DNA of 11,181 nucleotides, taken from NCBI GenBank assembly GCA_019058015.1, contig JAHLWH010000171.1, positions 1 to 11,181 on the forward strand, read 5' to 3'. Of the stretch, positions 8,077 through 11,181 are shown piece after piece. A program made the position numbers and the translations under genes. This stretch comes from Promethearchaeota archaeon (GTDB lineage Archaea > Asgardarchaeota > Lokiarchaeia > Sigyniarchaeales > SOKP01). The notes under the pieces are model-generated. The model was not told the DNA's origin. It saw only the letters and a program-made list of their open reading frames with translations, and did no database searches. Each line of letters begins with the position of its first letter. Within the stretch, counting starts at the first letter, position 1.

Positions 8077-9321
8077 ATGTTAGAAGAAGGAACAACGAAT
8101 TCAGAACTAAAGAAACAACGGCTTATCTTCCTTGATAATCTAAAACTCTTATTTGCTATTCTCGTGATTTTTACACATGTTAGGGTCACCTATGGAGGGG
8201 AAGGATGGTGGTACTATATTTCCACGTTAAATGAGTCTAATCCAACTGATACTTTCACCCTTATATTCTTTTACATGACAGCCGGATTTGCGGGTATTTT
8301 TCAAGCCTCACTCATGGGATTATTCTTTTTAATGGGTGGTTATTTTACTCCTAAGAGTTATGATCGAAAGGGAGTCTCGGCATTCTGGAAAGAACGATTT
8401 CTTCGTCTTGGCATTCCAGTCCTTTTATATGTTGTGTTAATTAATCCCATTATTTTTTATCTCCTAAGCGCTGGAGGAATTCAACCCTGGAGTTCCTACC
8501 CAAGAATGCAAGGATCTTTTCTAGACTATTATTTAAGCAATTTTCAATCCTTAGAAAATTTTGTAGATTTTATAACAGAATTTGTTATTATGTGGTTTAT
8601 CGTTGTTTTATTAATTTTTATTGCTGTTTATACAATTTGGCGTCCGATATCGAAAATTGACTCGATACAGAAACGCATCCCAAAAGAATTCCCCATCCCA
8701 AAATTCATCTATTTATTCCTTTTAGCTGTTTGCTTAGGATTTCTTTCTTTTCTAGTTCGCATAACCTTTTCCATAATCGATGTTCCGCTGGGATTACCAT
8801 TAGCTTATATGATTCAGTATTTTATGATGTTTAGCGTTGGTGTAATCGCTTATCGATATGGATGGTTCGAACAGATGACTAGACATCATGTCAAAGTCTG
8901 GGTTATTACAATATTTGCTGCGGTTATGTTATTTTTTACGTATTTCTTTGTTTTTGTAGGAGTAGATTCAGATTATAGTGCTTTTTTTGGAGGACCCAAT
9001 TTGAATGCTCTTATATTTGCACTGTTAGATAATATCGCTTGTATGGGGATGATTTTTATTTTAATTAAGATTTTTTACGCAAAATTCAACAAGCAAGGAA
9101 AAATACTAAAGAATCTAGCATCTAGCTCATATCATATGTACCTTATTCATCCATTCGTCGTTATTCCAGTATCTCTTGGATTTGCATTTATACCTGTTTC
9201 TCCTTTAATAAAACTAGCTATAGTCTTTCCTGTATCAGTCCTCCTTTGCTATCTTATAAGTCATTTTATCCTCCAAAAAATACATTTGATAAAACGCACA
9301 AGAGTTACTCAGAATAATTAG
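8077..9321 (+). CDS. acyltransferase family 3 membrane protein (OpgC/MdoC-like)
   Basis: RLIFLDNLK...LVIFTH, MGLFFLMGGYF, ERFLRLGIP, MWFI and SSYHMYLIHP motifs, about 10 TM segments. ATG 8077 is preferred because GTG 8017 lies inside the duplicated flank. Confidence 0.9.
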   Translation: MLEEGTTNSELKKQRLIFLDNLKLLFAILVIFTHVRVTYGGEGWWYYISTLNESNPTDTFTLIFFYMTAGFAGIFQASLMGLFFLMGGYFTPKSYDRKGVSAFWKERFLRLGIPVLLYVVLINPIIFYLLSAGGIQPWSSYPRMQGSFLDYYLSNFQSLENFVDFITEFVIMWFIVVLLIFIAVYTIWRPISKIDSIQKRIPKEFPIPKFIYLFLLAVCLGFLSFLVRITFSIIDVPLGLPLAYMIQYFMMFSVGVIAYRYGWFEQMTRHHVKVWVITIFAAVMLFFTYFFVFVGVDSDYSAFFGGPNLNALIFALLDNIACMGMIFILIKIFYAKFNKQGKILKNLASSSYHMYLIHPFVVIPVSLGFAFIPVSPLIKLAIVFPVSVLLCYLISHFILQKIHLIKRTRVTQNN

Positions 9322-9461
9322 AAAATCTATATTGATTCAAAAGAAAATTGGGACAAAATTTTTTATTTATTTTGAATACAGCATAAGGACGTATCAATAC
9401 TTTTATTTGTTACTTTACTATTATAATTATAGGGAAAAATCAAAAATAAGTTGAGTTTGAA

Positions 9462-10193
9462 TTGACAGAAAGAAATTTTCAAGAAAAATTTCCAAAAAAT
9501 TATTTAACATCCGTAGCGTGCGAAATTCGATTTGATCCTCTATTGATGATTCAAAACAAAATTCCCGAATTTCAAGAAAAAATACGTGGAGAACTTCCTT
9601 CGTATGGGTTTGAATCCACAATTCCTGTAGTAGAACCATCACTTATAAGTCAATTTAGCGGAGTTAAACAATGGATGTTTACATCAAAAGATAAAATTAA
9701 AACATTAAAAATATTGATTAATAGGATTGGATTTATCGTCTCAAAGTATTCCAAATTTGAAGAATTTTATGAAGAGATGGTAAAATACTTCAACGATTTT
9801 TTTAAAATCTGCGACATTGATGAATTTTCCAGAATTGGTTTACGGTATGTAAATGTATTTATACTAAATGAATTAGAAGATTCACAGCAGATTTCTTTAA
9901 CAAAATTTTTTAATGTGGTATTAGATAAGGCAATACTGGAAGAATATAGCCCTTTTCAATTTGAGACAGCAATTAGGTGTGAAAAGGATGACAATACCCT
10001 TTTTCTTAAGAATGCATTAAGGGATGATGTTCGTGGTGAACCAAATTATATCATTGATATTGATGCGTTTAAGTCAGGGAATCTACAAAAAAAAGACATG
10101 GGAGATATTATTAAAGATTTACATAAATTAGAAATACAAGAGTTTCATAATCATATCACCAATGAGATTATAAATATATTGAGGAGTGATTAA
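9462..10193 (+). CDS. TIGR04255 family protein
   Basis: FPKNYLTSVACEIRF, YSKFEEF, SRIGLRYVN and YIIDID motifs. TTG start. Confidence 0.82.
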   Translation: MTERNFQEKFPKNYLTSVACEIRFDPLLMIQNKIPEFQEKIRGELPSYGFESTIPVVEPSLISQFSGVKQWMFTSKDKIKTLKILINRIGFIVSKYSKFEEFYEEMVKYFNDFFKICDIDEFSRIGLRYVNVFILNELEDSQQISLTKFFNVVLDKAILEEYSPFQFETAIRCEKDDNTLFLKNALRDDVRGEPNYIIDIDAFKSGNLQKKDMGDIIKDLHKLEIQEFHNHITNEIINILRSD

Positions 10194-10196
10194 AAA

Positions 10197-10751
10197 GTGA
10201 GTGATCGAACTAAGAATGATGAACTAAGACGTAAAATATTGGAAACGCTTAGAAGAAGAAACGACTTAGCACACACCATTGATGAAAGAACAGATATCTC
10301 AAAAGAAAGTTCTGATATTGAAGATAAGGAATTGGAAGAAACTGAATATACTGAATCTGCTGTAATTCCATCATTGCATACAATAGGTACTCCAGTTTCA
10401 ATATTAGATAAAGAGGTGGCTTCCTTATTAACGAGAGAAGCTAAAATTTGGCACATATCTACTCCTAGTACCTCAGAATTGGATGAAATTAAGAGATATA
10501 GAGAAGACATAATTCATTTACAACAACAAAATAGAGTTCTTAGTCGAACAAACGACACTTTAACTAATGAATTAGCCGAATTAACTCATAAATATGCAAA
10601 GTTAGAAGAAGAAGCAATTTCAGAGATGAAGAAGTTACGGGAGGAAATTACAAAGTTAAGAGAAGAAATTAAGTATAATAATGAAATTAGAACATTGACG
10701 TTTAGTGTACCTGAATCATGGTTAGAAGAGGAAGGTAATGAAGAAGAATAA
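10197..10751 (+). CDS. hypothetical acidic coiled-coil protein
   Basis: 184-aa ORF with GTG start 3 nt after the upstream stop and SD-like GGAGTGA upstream. Heptad-like C-terminal half. Confidence 0.75.
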   Translation: MSDRTKNDELRRKILETLRRRNDLAHTIDERTDISKESSDIEDKELEETEYTESAVIPSLHTIGTPVSILDKEVASLLTREAKIWHISTPSTSELDEIKRYREDIIHLQQQNRVLSRTNDTLTNELAELTHKYAKLEEEAISEMKKLREEITKLREEIKYNNEIRTLTFSVPESWLEEEGNEEE

Positions 10752-10777
10752 TATTTTTTTTTAAAGAGGTTTAGAAA

Positions 10778-11181
10778 TTGGAATGTACTAATATCTATGA
10801 TTCTGAGATTGATACGGCTCACCTATATCAAGGAGATATATTTAAGAGATTTGACGCAGAATATGAGAAAAATGTTTTACCAATTGTAAACACACCAGAA
10901 CTAGCATTTATGGTTTTAAACTACACATGTGACTTAATAAATACAAAAGATTTAAGCAATATATTTATTTGTCCAATTTGCAAACTAAATGTACTTATAG
11001 AGGAAACACTCAAGGGTTTGATATTAAAATACCCTAATAAGCGATAACAGAATATAGTTAAGGAGTTTAGTAAAATTATTACAAGAATTCTGAATTATGA
11101 TCAAAAATTTCTTTTTTTTCTGACAAATACTTCAGAATTTGAAGGATCTCATGCATTTGCTGATTTATTACGAATAACCAC
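10778..11181 (+). pseudogene. QGDI...TCD-motif hypothetical protein interrupted by in-frame TAA at 11045-11047, running off the window
   Basis: LYQGDIF and MVLNYTCDL motifs. After the TAA the same frame stays open for 44 codons to the window end (QNIVKEFSKIITRILNYDQKFLFFL...AFADLLRIT). SD-like GAGGT at 10766-10770. Confidence 0.65.

Noticed and set aside
1334-10822. Short overlapping ORFs (1334, 2339, 3025, 3452, 4415, 5420, 7651, 7947, 9427, 10190, 10586)
   Set aside because: They are antisense or alternative-frame shadows of well-supported genes, or they run across the non-coding repeat.

Overview
AT-rich window, probably archaeal: the NosD/beta-helix protein style and TATA-like boxes about 30-40 nt ahead of the starts suggest Lokiarchaeia/Asgard, which is an inference. 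Positions 686-9321 hold seven functionally unrelated single genes: a CLec-like hypothetical, an SDR epimerase, an ICMT-family methyltransferase, an HXXEE protein, a NosD beta-helix protein, a GNAT and an acyltransferase-3. Each gene is preceded on the + strand by one copy of a co-oriented 42-bp repeat, consensus GGTAAATTCAGAGTCTGATTTCAATGAAAATTCCTTTGAAAA (six full copies and one half copy). The repeat contains two imperfect palindromes, and its left and right flanks are reassorted between copies. This looks like a gene-cassette array built by site-specific recombination, but the site does not match canonical attC, dif or CRISPR architecture, and no recombinase is in the window. A non-coding region with poly-T tracts and short 9-bp-period repeats precedes the array. 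A three-gene TIGR04255 operon follows it, and its last gene has an in-frame stop.
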